Source of the DNA: Octopus sinensis
Taxonomy: Eukaryota
Direction of reading: 5' to 3'
DNA: 64,000 nucleotides
Assembly (NCBI RefSeq): GCF_006345805.1
Contig: NC_043013.1
Location: forward strand, 31,682,001-31,746,000
The notes below the pieces were generated by a model. The model did no database searches. It had not been told where the DNA came from and worked only from the letters and a program-made list of their open reading frames with translations. Shown in pieces: positions 51,080 through 64,000 of the stretch; the stretch's first letter is position 1, and each line of letters opens with the position of its first letter. The position numbers and the translations under genes were made by a program.

Positions 51080-51620
51080 AGATCACAATTCGTAAATGTC
51101 GAATTTGATTTCGTGTCTAGCTGTAACAGAAAACCGAAAATTACGTATTATGTACGGCTTATGTATCTCGTTCCGGAGATATTTTTCCATAAATTTCACA
51201 AAAATAAAAAAAGAGAAATCTCTCTGCAATGCTGTACTTTGTTTAATGTTGGGATTAAATATTTGATTTCATTCAAACTAGCTAAACTTACAAGTTCGTT
51301 TAATTTATCTTTTACCTCAGAAATAATTACATTTCCGATCAGTAATTCTTTAACACTAGGATTAAGAAATCAATTTGATTCAATTCCACTCAAAATTGGA
51401 GATTATGATTTTCAAGTAAGTCTGACTATCTTTCTTCACAGTAAGTATTTTCCTGAATCTACCTCTTTTATATATATTTTATAAATGACTTTCTTCATTT
51501 TGTGACTTTCACAAGATTTACCACCTAAGTCTATTCTAAACTTGCTTCTCGATTTATCATATCCAGTATTTTTCCTTCGCTTTCGATAACCATCATTTAA
51601 TTTGTTTCTTCATCTTAAAT
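51080..51620 (-). pseudogene. Highly decayed L1/Tx1-like ORF2 linker / RT N-terminus
   Basis: Fragments KSRSKFRIDLGGKS and ISEVKDKLNELVSLASLNEIKYLIPTLNK...NLWKNI resemble the pre-RT region of L1-clade ORF2; many stops. Confidence 0.3.
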
Positions 51621-52244
51621 TTTAAAACCTTTATAAATTTGAATTGGTAGTATTAGGGAGCTCCACTATAAATATGTAAATCTGCTTGTTTTATGCAACC
51701 GTATTCTATAATCTATTGTCATGATGTCTTATTTCTACCTTTATTACGCTTTCATATGAAACATTTATTTGTCTGTTATTACTGATGCATGGATTGATGC
51801 CTTTGTTTCCCTTCTCGTAATCCATCTTTCACACATACACACAGATGCACACACACACGTACTCTCACTCTCTCTCTCCTCTCGCTCTCTCTCTTTCTCT
51901 CACAAACACACTCACACATACGCGCGCATTAGGTGTCATTCTTAATACAAACTGGATGTATTTCTACACGTACACACTCACAAAGACACATATCTTGAAA
52001 AAAACCCATCTGTGTTATCCGATATGTTATCACCATCACTGTCATTCATCTATCACAAGCACAAGTGAAAAACTTCATGGAAGTTGAAGCCTTACGTATG
52101 TAATGGCGTCACTTAAATAGCTGATATAATGTTGCTAAGCGCAGCTACTTTTAGCTTTTAGATGTTCACTTAAGCTGATAATTTATTTCTTATTAACTAA
52201 AAACATTCTCATAATTTATCTCTTACGAACTAAAATATTCACTT

Positions 52245-52660
52245 ATCTTTTCGGTTTGAACGGAAGTTTTTTCTAGCGGTGTTATATGAAATTGTCACCC
52301 ATAATTATGACCCTAGAATCGATCTATTGCATTTCAATCTCATTTAGGGTCAGGGTTAGAGTTAGGGGTGGGGGAAGGGTATCTTCTTTTCTTCACAAAT
52401 ATAAATAAACCCAATCTGTTTCTTAAACGAGGGACATATTCATACGGCACAGAATACTTTTTAACTCAATAGACGTCACTGATTGGTTGAAATTGCAGAA
52501 GTTGAAGAAAAAAACAACAAATATCTTACAAACTATAGAATTTCCCAATAAAGCCAAGAGAAAAAGATGTTTAATAAACACATTCTACCAGTATACGAAG
52601 TCTAAAACTTCTTAGTTACCTAGAAATTATGTTAAAAACTGACGTTCAAACCGAAAAGAT
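52245..52660. mobile_element. Non-autonomous element bounded by 27-bp inverted repeats, with internal telomere-like repeats
   Basis: ATCTTTTCGGTTTGAACGGAAGTTTTT vs AAAAACTGACGTTCAAACCGAAAAGAT (25/27 complementary); TTAGGGTCAGGGTTAGAGTTAGGGG at about 52344-52368. Confidence 0.7.
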
Positions 52661-53171
52661 CTCACATATATGCTCATCTTTGGCTATGTTCCTCGTTTTA
52701 GCTTTCATTACGGTTCCGTTTAATATAAAATCGTGCAAAGTTGGTATTCAATGGAGTTTCTTTCATATTTCTATCTGTTTTATTTGCTTTAGAAAATAAG
52801 TGTTTGCTTTTCTATTGATCTTTGTTTAGAGTATAAATATTTGCAATTTTAATTCAGGAATGACAAACTGACACGGTTATTCCACTACACTCTAAAGCAT
52901 ACAGCTTCGTAGTTATATATACTTTCGCGGATATAAAATAAAAATCCGTCTAGTTGGATTATAACAGGCAATGCTATTCTACATTAGGATTGGCTTTACA
53001 TTTGTATGATAAGGTTTTAATTTTTATATCGTTGTAATGTTCCTAACATATTTGCCTTTTATGAATTCTTCGTGATATGAGATTTGAATGACGTTGTAAA
53101 TGTTAAAAACCTACGCTTATTAATATGTACATGTATGTGTGTCATATATATATGTAATGCATATAATGTGC

Positions 53172-53212
<41 letters not shown>

Positions 53213-53717
53213 CACATTATATGCAATGGCTGTTCGGCTTTATTATAAGTAGTAGAAGTGTTAATAATTCTGTCGGAGCGGACAAAAGTATACTTTACTT
53301 CTGGAAGTTCGATTTGGACATTTAGTAGAGCAGCCTGTGTAATTTTCACAGATCTGATCGATACGGTTTTAATGACATTTGTTCACGCTTATCACTTTGC
53401 TCATCATTCTGGGTTGATAAGCATGGATTTTTCCTTGTTCTCACAAAAGAAAATATCATGTGACACATCACTGATCTCATAAATAGAAAATTTATTATTT
53501 CTAAATCTCTGAACGGATGTTACAGAATGTTTGTCGTTCAGAGATTTAGAAATAAAAAAAAATATCATCTCTTGAACTTAAATTTACACATGAGATGAAT
53601 ACTTCTTCTACGTGCCTTGTGGACACCGGCGATTGATAGATTCGTCAAGCAAGAAATATGTCTAATATTTTTCTATTCCATTTTAAATATTTTTAATATT
53701 GTTCTATCCAAAATTAT

Positions 53718-53910
53718 TAGCATGTCGGATAGACGCTTAGTGGCGTTTCGACCGTCTCTTCTTTCTGAATTCAAATTCTGCAGAGGATCAGTTTGGCTTT
53801 CATCATTTTGGGGGTAGATAAAATCGGTACCAGTCAAACAAATGGGTTGATGAAATTGACTATCATCCTTCTCCAAAACCCTAAACATTGGACCTCTAGT
53901 AGAAACGAAT
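53718..53910 (+). mobile_element. Old diverged SINE-B copy
   Basis: TTCTGAATTCAAATTCTGCAGAGG...GGCTTTCATCATTTTGGGGGTAGATAAAATCGGTACCAGT. Confidence 0.65.
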
Positions 53911-55661
53911 ATTTGGTTGTCCTCCGTTCCGTCAATGCATCGCACGTACAGTACCCGGTTCTCGATGAGAAGCATTTTAATACTTGTAATTACACACACC
54001 TCAAGTATAGTTACGTTTGGCATTTGTACTTCCCTACCATTGCAGAAATTTAACGAAGTTCTCTTTTGGTGAATACAAGACTTCCATTGCAATTTCTGAA
54101 AACATCCTTGAAAGATACCAAGTGGATGATGCCTTACTGCGTTGACACCTTCGTTTATGATACTTTAATTCCAATTCTTTATGAGGACCCACCCAAATTC
54201 CTTCGCACCTGACAAAGTCAAACGTTTCAGTGTTTTCACTGAATGCCATGAATAATTGATTACTTTAATACTGGTATGTTTCTTGGTTTTGCCTAGCAGC
54301 ATATATCAACTCTCTGCCACCTTTACCAGCTCTCAACCAGGAATGATTCTATTCATAAAGATTGTGAGCAATTCCATTTGGAAGAGATTTGTTGGGGATA
54401 GATAGATGCAATTGCAGCTCATTCCTATAAGCCCCCGTTAATTTTATATAATATAAACATATATCATGAATTTATTTGGAATAAAACTGAGGTTGCAATA
54501 GAACTTCGGGCATGTAAATCCTGGTACAAATCGGCCAGGATCCTATTCTCGTGAAGTAAATTCTCCAAATCACGGTTAAATACGTTCTCCTAATTTATGG
54601 AAATTTAAGAAATAAAAGATCTGTTTCTCATATTTTTCCTACATTATTACAGTTATGGCTTCCTCATGATTTTTATTCAAGTACACTGTTTAAGTGAACA
54701 TCAGCAGAAATATGTGCTTCATTATATATGCATCGAAATTAACAACATATTTTCCGGATGTATTAAATTTCCAAAAGATAACTCATAAATGATTTTGCAT
54801 TCTGGTTCCTATATGAATGCCAAAACTGAATGCAGAACCGGCGCTCTGAAAAATGTCCGTTGGGAAAAATGTGAGCTTCTAGATCAAGTGCAAATGACAA
54901 CACATGATAAATGTATTTTTTTATAAATATCAAATAGTGCGCTAATGCATGGGAAGACTACAATAATTATTTTTTCTTTCTTTTTCGTCATATCCATCAT
55001 ATTTGAAATCGATCAATACATCGTGCAAAGATAACAAATCTTTCCAGTTGAAAATATATGTCGTGCTTTTGGTTAAGTATTCGGTTGTTGTATTGCATTG
55101 AAACAAAAATACTAAACATGAAGTAGAGAAATAGTAAAACGCAAGCGATACATTAAATCATATACGAATGACATTTTCATGCATATTAATGAAATATGAG
55201 ATAATTAATATCTCAAGCTTGTATTATCACTTGAGAATGTATTTAAAAAATAAAGCATGAAAATGCCTAATGATTCACCATTGTGAATATAGAATGAAAT
55301 GTGATAAAACGAATAACTGTGATACAAAAATTAAAGATATGATCTATTCAATTTTCTACGAAAATGATGCATTTTCCCTTCCGAGTGAAATAGATTGCAG
55401 CTTCAATGCCTTCAAATGTTGGTTTCGAAAAAATCTGTTCGTAAAACCTAAAATATTATACATGTGCATGCATATATATTTATATGCATATATAAAAATG
55501 CACACATATCAATACGATATAATATAATATCGATTTCTCGCATCGGTGAAATTAGGAGAGTTGTTCGGGCACTGATTTATATATAACTGACAACAAAATA
55601 TGAAAATAATTGATTTTCAATATTACTAGAATTCCAATTAAATAAATATTTATTGTGATAT

Positions 55662-55710
<49 letters not shown>

Positions 55711-55902
55711 ATAATATATATACATAAATATATAAAACAGGAAATGAAGAAAATGCTGACAAATAATTGAAGTAATTTAAGTAATTTAATTAGGTGAAAG
55801 TTCTTTTTACCCGTTGCGCATTTGTTATGCTTATCAAAATATAAACATAAATATATATATATATATATATGCTTATATATATATATGTATGTTTATATAT
55901 AT

Positions 55903-55948
<46 letters not shown>

Positions 55949-57024
55949 GTGTGTATGTTTATATATATATATGTACGTATGTATGTTTATATATATACAG
56001 TGAAAGCAAGGACGCAACAATAAGTCACTCAGAATAATTTACTTTTCTGTTTCATTACAATTACTAAATATGCAATACGTATTTGTTTAAGTCATATGCA
56101 GGTGAAGAAATTCGATATTTGAACGGCACTTTGCCCAAAGGATGTAACGAATGAAGCGCTTTAACGGGAGTATAATCATCATATTCTGCTGAAGTAGTTA
56201 CAATCACTGCATTTGACATATTTATGATATTATATTTTTATACTTTTATATATTTGTGTATATCTACATTGCATTGAGATTTTCTGAAATGAAGATACAG
56301 TTGTAATAATTTATTCCCTTTCCATTCATATATATATATGAGTGTGTGTGTGTGAGTGTGTATGCCTGTGTCTGTATGTGTGTGTATGCATTTATATGTG
56401 TATGCCTGTGTCTGTATGTGTGTGTATGCATTTATATGTGTATGTGTGTGTGTATGTGTGTGTGTGTATGTGTGCGTATCGCTGGTGATTCAAAAACTGC
56501 TTACGAGTTTTTTTAATTTTTGCTCTGGTTACAATTGGACTTTTTGTATATTTTAATACTAATTCTCCTATTTTGCTATGAATATCTGGTAATATATGTA
56601 TGTATGCATACATATTGATACACGCCAGCACACACACACAACGATATAGTCTTATAGATATATTATACCTGTATGCGTTTTATATAATGTAAAAATAACA
56701 AAATACAAAACTAATCCACAGCCAATGTTCGAGCAAGCATAGTTCCATGGCACGGATGATCTGGGCAGCAGAAAATTATTTTCTAAGATCCTTGAGCTAT
56801 GGAATACAGGTTGTGGTGGTTCTGGTGATCGAGGTACATTACTGAATACAATAGAGTGATGTGAAGAGTAGACAGGATAGACCTGAGGGGAGCATAATAA
56901 CTTGAGGTCTCAGGTCTCAAGGTTATCTCAAATAATAATTTCGCTTTTAGACTGTCTACTTAATATTAAGGGAATTTTTTAAGTGCGCCCACATAAGGGA
57001 TGCATATAAATGCTTATATGTAGA

Positions 57025-57246
57025 TTCATTTATTCTTTTACACGTTTCAGCCATGTGACAGCGGCTACGCTGGAGCACCACCTTAAAGGGTCTTAGTAGA
57101 AGAAATCGACCCCAGGTCATATACTTATTCGATCGGTATTTTTTGCCGAAACGGTAGGTTACTGGAACATAGACACACCAACATCGGTTGTCAAGTAATA
57201 GTTGGGGGAAAAACACAGACACAGAGACACACATACATAAATATGT

Positions 57247-57301
<55 letters not shown>

Positions 57302-57447
57302 CAAGACAGGGTACTTTCAGTTTCCGTCTACCAAATCTATTCATAAGGCTTTGGTCTGCCCGAGGCTATAGTAGAAGAAACTTGCCCTGGATGAAATACA
57401 GTGGGACTGAACCCGGAACTGTGTCGTTGGGATGCAAGCAACTTACC
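57025..57447 (-). mobile_element. SINE-A copy
   Basis: GCTGGAGCACCACCTT...TTTCAGTTTCCGTCTACCAAATC...GTGGGACTGAACCCGGAAC. Confidence 0.85.
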
Positions 57448-57474
57448 AGATACACACACTCACACATCTATATA

Positions 57475-57512
<38 letters not shown>

Positions 57513-57606
57513 CACATACATGAACACACCATAAAACATAGACATATGTATATGGGCATATAGAATTACATACAGTTGTATGTATGTATGCAGTTATGTA
57601 TGTATG

Positions 57607-57640
<34 letters not shown>

Positions 57641-58066
57641 TGTATGTATGTATGTATGTATGTATGTATGTATGTATGTATGTATGTATGTATGTGGAGG
57701 CAGGTGACTAAGTGGTTTACAGTGTTGAATTTATCGTAATTTTGTGTCTTCAATTCCTGGATTGATCGATGACTTGTGATTTTGAGTAAAACATTTCGTT
57801 TCACGTTGCTCCCGTCAACTCAGCCGGGAACAATGTGTAATCCGCAACGGATGGGAGTCTTCTCAATGTGTGTGGGTATACATACACCACAGAATCCAGG
57901 AAACCAATTCTATAGCACTATGGCTCGGGAAGGACCTTCGATCTTTTATTGATTTTTATGTATATGCATACACACATACAGACAGAGAGAGACATACACA
58001 CATACACACACACACACACATATATATATATACATACATATATACATATATATATATTATATATAT

Positions 58067-58117
<51 letters not shown>

Positions 58118-58169
58118 CCATGATGGTAAAAATGTGAAAGCAAGAAGCTGAATGTATTCTGAAAACATT

Positions 58170-58710
58170 GAGGACAAGGAAAATAGGTACCGTGCTATAC
58201 AATGGAGAACTTTCTGTCTCATTCACCTGGATTACTGCTTCCCGATGTGGTCACAACAGAGCGTGAAACTGGATGCGCTACTTGAAGCAACCCGGTGTAA
58301 CTACATAAAGGAGATTGAGTCAGTTAAAGAGGGGAGCTCCTAACAGAGGCTAAAGGAACTGAAGATCTACCCCCTAGAGAGAAAGTGTGAAAGATGATGC
58401 TGGAATGTCTAGCTCATAACTTTGGAATTAAGAAATACCAACAACCGTACTGGACACCGCTGCATAAGTCCAACAATTTCCTCTATTCCATCTAAAATAA
58501 GATTTGCGAGGCGAAAATATGGAGGTCTCGAAAAGCGTCTGGATACATTTTTATCTGAAATTCCAAATAAACCCCTATCGCGGCTGGAGGTATAAAGATG
58601 AGCAGCTCCGTCCAACTCGCTACATGACCAGAAACAGTACAGAAAAGAAACTGAAGAACACTGAAAGGCAGCGCTCCAGTGTGGCCTTGGCCTGTGGCTG
58701 AAAACCAGTA
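58170..58710 (+). mobile_element. 3' fragment of CR1/L2-like LINE
   Basis: WRTF..IHLDYCFPMWSQ, RLKELKIYPLERK; tail GGCAGCGCTCCAGTGTGGCC...GGCTGAAA. Confidence 0.7.
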
Positions 58711-59789
58711 ATTTATAAAAGATAGAAGATATAGCGATCTAATAGTTTCATGTGCTTAGGCTTTTGTGTCGATGTTTGAGAGGAGATAACCGCATGCGTC
58801 TATGTATGTTAGCTTGTTTAGTTTGAGCAAGTGAAAACACTATTGCGTATCCTTTCAATACATACTCAGTGAAGAGCTACATAAACATTTGCCAAACATT
58901 CTCAGTTTATTAATTTACTGAGAGAAATGTTTAAATCGGCGCTTTATAAAGGAAAATTATTTCGCAATATTTCTTTATTTAGATTTTCATTATGATATCA
59001 GCGCTCCAAATCCCTATTTTGATTATTTCAATTGACAAAATTGAGCCAGATATACAGGAATTTTACACGATATAATGAGATTATTTTGTATCAAAATTGA
59101 TATATTTTCCTAAACACTTGTTGAAAATGATATGGCAGGAAATCAATGCGTTATTTTAGAAGATTTCCTTATTGTCCTTGAATTCACGGGGCGGTGGGAT
59201 TGAATTTGTATTCCATTGATTCAAATTTCAATAGTGATATATGTTAGTATTCCGTCTATGTTCGAGGCGGCGAGCCGGCATAGACGTTGCCATGCCGGGC
59301 AAAAATGCTCAACAGCATTTCATGTGAGTTTAAATTCGTCTGAGGTCGACTTCGTCTTTTTTTTTCCATTTTATTTCAATAAAATAAATACCACTTGAAA
59401 CATTTCTCAATTCTTTATTTATAATAATATTTATAAAAATTTTTTACATTATACATTATACAAGAATACTAGACATATTGTAACAGACGCTTGCGTCATT
59501 GAAATTGTTTACCTCATATTTTATCTTTATACTCCTACGTTCTTCAGATCACAAACCGTTGTAAAATAAACAAAACAGAATACATGAAAACGAATTAACA
59601 CCATGCAAAGAAGTAATATGATATCATATAGGTTTATCAATAAACTCATTCCAGTAATTGCGTAAGAATTATGCCCACACTATTTTCATTCTCCAAATAC
59701 TTTTTCTAGTTTAACGAGAAAATCCCCAAATTCCGGAAGACGTTATTTATTGCAAATTTAGAAAAGAGTGGGGATATTTGATATAAATA

Positions 59790-60361
59790 CCAAGGCGGCG
59801 AGCAGGCAGAAACGGTAGCATGCCAGGCGAAATGCGTAGCCGTATTTCGTCTGTCGCTACGTTCTGAGTTCAAATTCCGCCGAGGTCGACTTTGCCTTTC
59901 ATCTTTTCAAAGTCGATAAATTAAGTGCCAGTTACGCACTGGTGTCGATGTAATTGACTTAATCCTTTTGTCTGTCCTTGTTTGTCTTCTCTGTGTTTAG
60001 CCCCTGGTGTGTAGTAAAGAAATGGGTATTTCGTCTGCCGTTACGTTGTGAGTTCAAATTCCGCCGAGGTCGACTTTGCCTTTAATCTATTTCGGGGTCG
60101 ATAAATTAAGTACCTGTTACGCACAGTGGTCGATGTAATCGACTTAATCCGTTTGTCTGCCCTTGTTTGTCCGTTCTGTGGGTAGTAAAGAAATAGGTAT
60201 TTCGTCGGTTTTTATGTTCTGAGTTCAAATTCCGCAGAGGTCGACTTTGCCTTTTATTCTTTCGGCGTCGATAAATTAACTACCAGTTGCGTACTGAGAT
60301 CGATCTAATCGACTGACCCTCTACCCAAGAATTTCAAGCTGTGTACCTAGAGTAGAACTGA
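59790..60361 (+). repeat. SINE-B trimer (head + two tail-1 units + one tail-2 unit) inside a 16-bp TSD
   Basis: Units start at about 59840, 60025 and 60196; ATATTTGATATAAATA at 59774-59789 and 60362-60377. Confidence 0.9.
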
Positions 60362-60527
60362 ATATTTGATATAAATATCTTATGCTTCTTAAGCTAGCAA
60401 TAATGCTTCCGTTTTGGGAGAGGAGTGAACCTGTTTCCTTGTACGCTACTGTTGACTAGTACCTTATCTAAATCGCAATGAATGAAAGAAAGCCCAAAGA
60501 CCGTAGCTAAACGTGTACTCCAATCTA

Positions 60528-60850
60528 TTACATTTTGTAAATGTGTCTGCCTGTTTGACAGCATGTTTTTCTTTGGGATATTTCTTTGCTTTTAGATAGC
60601 ATACTTATTTGGATTCTTTCTATCGCATATGAATACAATAGGTAACATGTGGCAAATCCGTCAGCGAATAGGAAAACATCCTCGAGGTATTTGTACCATA
60701 TCACTACATTCAAATACAGCTGGTGACAGTGGTATAATTCGTCCTTTGTGAACAGGTCATTAACATTACTTCCTACTGTAGTTAGAACATCGTACCAAAT
60801 GCCTTTCGAAATCCTTGCAACACCTGGATCTTGAGTACGTATAATGAACT
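60528..60850 (-). pseudogene. Possible highly decayed PLE-type reverse transcriptase core
   Basis: Open frame ...ISKGIWY..VGSNVNDLF..ELY...VVIWYKYLEDVFLF...IQISMLSKSKEIS resembles the PLE W-x-RYVDDxF motif and its flanks. Confidence 0.35.
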
Positions 60851-61953
60851 TTCACAGCTTACAAACACTTGGATCATGTTTCTAGTTTGATGATGAATTT
60901 CTCTCCTCTTATATTGAGTGTCAGAGCCGTTGATATGTCATGTGTGCTGTAAATCTCTCTCCTGTAAAAACTATATGGAAAAAAAGCATTTTTATTACTT
61001 GACCGCTAGTAATATATTTTTTTTAAATATCAGGGACGCATTTTATTTCACAATGTCGTTCTCCTTATAAAATGCAACCATGTAAAAATCATAGTCGTTG
61101 CATTCCAGATGCGAAATACAACTTCCAACAGAAAACACGAAATACTATCAACACACAAGCACACACCACACACACCACACACACACGCACACAGATGCAA
61201 CTATATGTACATATACATACTTCTCACAAATATATACTTATAGAGATATGCTTATACACACAAGCAAGTGTGATGTATTCTGAGATCGATTTTGACGTAT
61301 GAGCGTCCACTTACTCCATAAGTTGCACAACTTACTGATTGAATTTACGAGGTAAATTTCCTCCAACGGTCTTCGACGCAGTTTCCGTCAACCCTAATTC
61401 ATCTCCAACTATGGGGTCGAGTTGAGGTCATAGAAATGTACTATCGCATGTTGCCTTGAAGTGTAACCAAACAAGCTAACTTCTGTTTTGGCTAAATAAC
61501 AATCTTGAGAAATTAGGCTCATCAAAACCAGAAAGGAGAAAGCTGATTCGAAGCCTGTGGATACAAGCCGTCACTTGAACTTTAAAAGGTCTGTAAAACT
61601 TTCCAGAAGTTTATCATTTAAGTATATATGAGCATATCTAGACATGCAACTATAATGCATGGGAATACATACAGAAAACAAAACATACAAATCCGCACAC
61701 ATGCATAATGCATACATACATGCATGCAAAATACCCTGTTGATGGTAATAAAATTCTTATGAAGGAGCCGTGGGTCTACGTTAGAAACGGCTCTTTCTCT
61801 ATTGGCAAGAAATCTTGAAACAAAACCGAAAAATAACATACATACAAGTGTTTACACACACACACGCACACACATACACACGCACACACACACACACACA
61901 CTTATACATATAATTGTGCGTTTGTATGCGTGTTTTTATATATATGAATGTAC

Positions 61954-62148
61954 GGTATTTCGTCTGCCGTTCCGTTCTGAGTTCAAATTCCGCTTGGGTC
62001 GACTATGCCTTTCAGCTTTTCAGGGTCGATAAATAAAGTACCAGTTACGCCCTGGAGTCGATATAATCGAATTAATCCCTTTCTCTGTCTCCTCTATATT
62101 TAGCCCTTTTTTGTCCCCTGTATGTTTAGCCCCTTGTGGGCAATAAAG

Positions 62149-62153
<5 letters not shown>
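61954..62153 (+). mobile_element. Headless SINE-B unit starting at the array junction nucleotide
   Basis: Begins GGTATTTCGTCTGCCG with no tRNA head upstream; ends GTGGGCAATAAAGAAATA into (TA)n. Confidence 0.85.
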
Positions 62154-62212
<59 letters not shown>

Positions 62213-62849
62213 ATACATATATATGTCTGTATGTACATATTATATATGTATATGTATAAATGTACATCTAAAACTCTTTCACATACTGATAAACACATAT
62301 CCAATTTCTCTTATAAAAGGGGTTGTGTGAATACAATGAATGAGTTCACTACTTTATTTTCCATTTCCCCAGACGGCGAATTAATAAAGTCATTGAAGCG
62401 CCAGACAACATACCGGGATATATTTCTTGCCATTGTTTACCCATTGAGTTCACATCGCATCGATATGACTAGTTACCTTTCTTCCTTTCGAGGTCAAAAT
62501 GTCAACCTGATACGGAAGCTTGCCAGCACTGAGAGAACAATGAACAATTTGCCTCGCAACTATTATTTCCTATCTCTACGTTCTAAATTTATTTTGCTAC
62601 AGCTTATTTCGTTGATAGACATACTGTAATATCCAGTGTGAGACCACCACACTGCATTATCCTAAATAAAAGATTAAATATGTTACTTGAAAATCATCAT
62701 GAACTGAAGAATTCGTTTCGAGAAAGGACAGAAAGATCAAATGTAGAATCTACAAATCATTTTGTTTTAAATGTGCTAGGAGTTTCGGATAAAATTTATT
62801 TTCGTATTTTGCTATTTAATCAATCCTTACAGAAACATCCTTAAAAACG

Positions 62850-63480
62850 TTTCAGCCCGAAATCTGCGGCCATGCTGGGGCACCACCGTTGAATGTGCTA
62901 CACTGGTATGTGAAACCACCTCTGATACGTGGCGCTCGGTCAACTAGGGAGTTCGATGCTGCTGCCCGCATCTGTGTTTCCTGCTGAGAGGTAGGTTCAT
63001 CTGGAACCCCTGACAAGAAGAGATCCAGTTTAGTTTTAAAGAAACCCACATCCACACCATGCAGGTCTCGCAGGCATTTAGAAAGGATATTGAAGAGCTT
63101 TGCTCCCATGAAACCCAAGCTGTTGCAGAATCTGGTCCTGTATTTTAATGGTGATGTTGGGATCTTTGGCACCATGCAGTGGCGCCCCTTTCTGCTGTTT
63201 CAATGCCAAAATTCATTTCAAGCCCCCCTCCCGTATTTTCCAGATGTGTATCCCTGCATGTCTCTCCCACCTTCGCTCCAGGGAGAATAGTTTTAATACT
63301 TTCAGTCTTTCCCAGTTGCTGATATGTTACATTGAGACGATCTTCTTAGTGTAACTTCATGGGATTGCTTCGAGTTCTGCTGTTAACTTTATATCGTGTG
63401 GTGACCATATTTTGGGAGCAGTAGTCCAAGCGCTGAGGACGAACGTTCTCCAAAGGACCATCAGTGTCTCATTTCATTTT
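62850..63480 (-). mobile_element. 3' fragment of CR1/L2-like LINE
   Basis: ETLMVLWRTF..LDYCS, RFCNSLGFMGAKLFN, GVDVGFFKTKLDLFLSGVPDEP; tail GGTGGTGCCCCAGCATGGCCGCAGATTTCGGGCTGAAAC. Confidence 0.85.
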
Positions 63481-63703
63481 ATGCTTATGAATACTTATCA
63501 GCTATATTTTTTGAATCAGCGTATGTATCCTTCTAAATAAAAAGCGCCCTGGGATTCAAGTTACATTTTGAACACAGATTTAATTCCCAAATATTTTCTT
63601 TCTCTTCTTTAGTAGATTATGAGAACGGTGTTGATTTTGCTAATGTTCAGTTCATCGTGGCAACCAATAGCGATGTGCATGTGGGTGTTTGGATTTATGT
63701 GTG

Positions 63704-63746
<43 letters not shown>

Positions 63747-64000
63747 TCGTGTGCGTGCGTGCGTGTGTGTGTGAGTGTGCGTGTGCACGCGTATAGAATG
63801 AGACACAAAAACACATTATCTTGATATTCTTTACTACTGAATAAGAATATTTCCTGTTCTTTCAATGAGAACTGTACGAGAGGATTTACATAAACATTGA
63901 TAGATGATTTTGCATGGGAAAACAGAATTTTTTTTCTTTTCTTCTTTTCTTACCTATTAATTAATTATTATTTCCCCCACCACCCACCCACCTTCTCAAA

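Noticed and set aside
62703-62735. CTGAAGA...GAAA motif
   Set aside because: No stem I or stem III pairing. Other isolated CTGANGA hits (near 95, 14266, 20752, 23594, 41993, 58651) fail in the same way.

Overview
Eukaryotic, AT-rich, repeat-dominated window with no host protein-coding gene I can support, so it is probably intergenic DNA or a very large intron. The SINE families and dense (TA)n/(TG)n/(TAGA)n microsatellites look like octopod cephalopod (Octopus) DNA; this is recognition from memory, not a database result. Contents: (1) three tRNA-headed SINE families, labelled here SINE-A (CORE-like), SINE-B and SINE-C; (2) decayed CR1/L2-like, RTE-like and L1/Tx1-like non-LTR retrotransposons; (3) several Penelope-like element (PLE) remnants with GIY-YIG/RT fragments and pseudo-LTRs; (4) a Tc1 transposon fossil, mariner-derived MITEs and a Helentron-like element; (5) a 5'-truncated U6 snRNA copy fused to a SINE; (6) a 1.5-kb tandem duplication. 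The most notable signals are: type-I hammerhead ribozyme motifs in four different repeat families, above all a non-coding 557-bp unit inserted as about 3.1 tandem/inverted copies with a 15-bp target-site duplication inside a LINE RT (retrozyme-like); and SINE-B multimers whose units always rejoin at the same nucleotide and whose 3' tail matches a Tx1-like element in the same window. All alignments and folds were done by eye.
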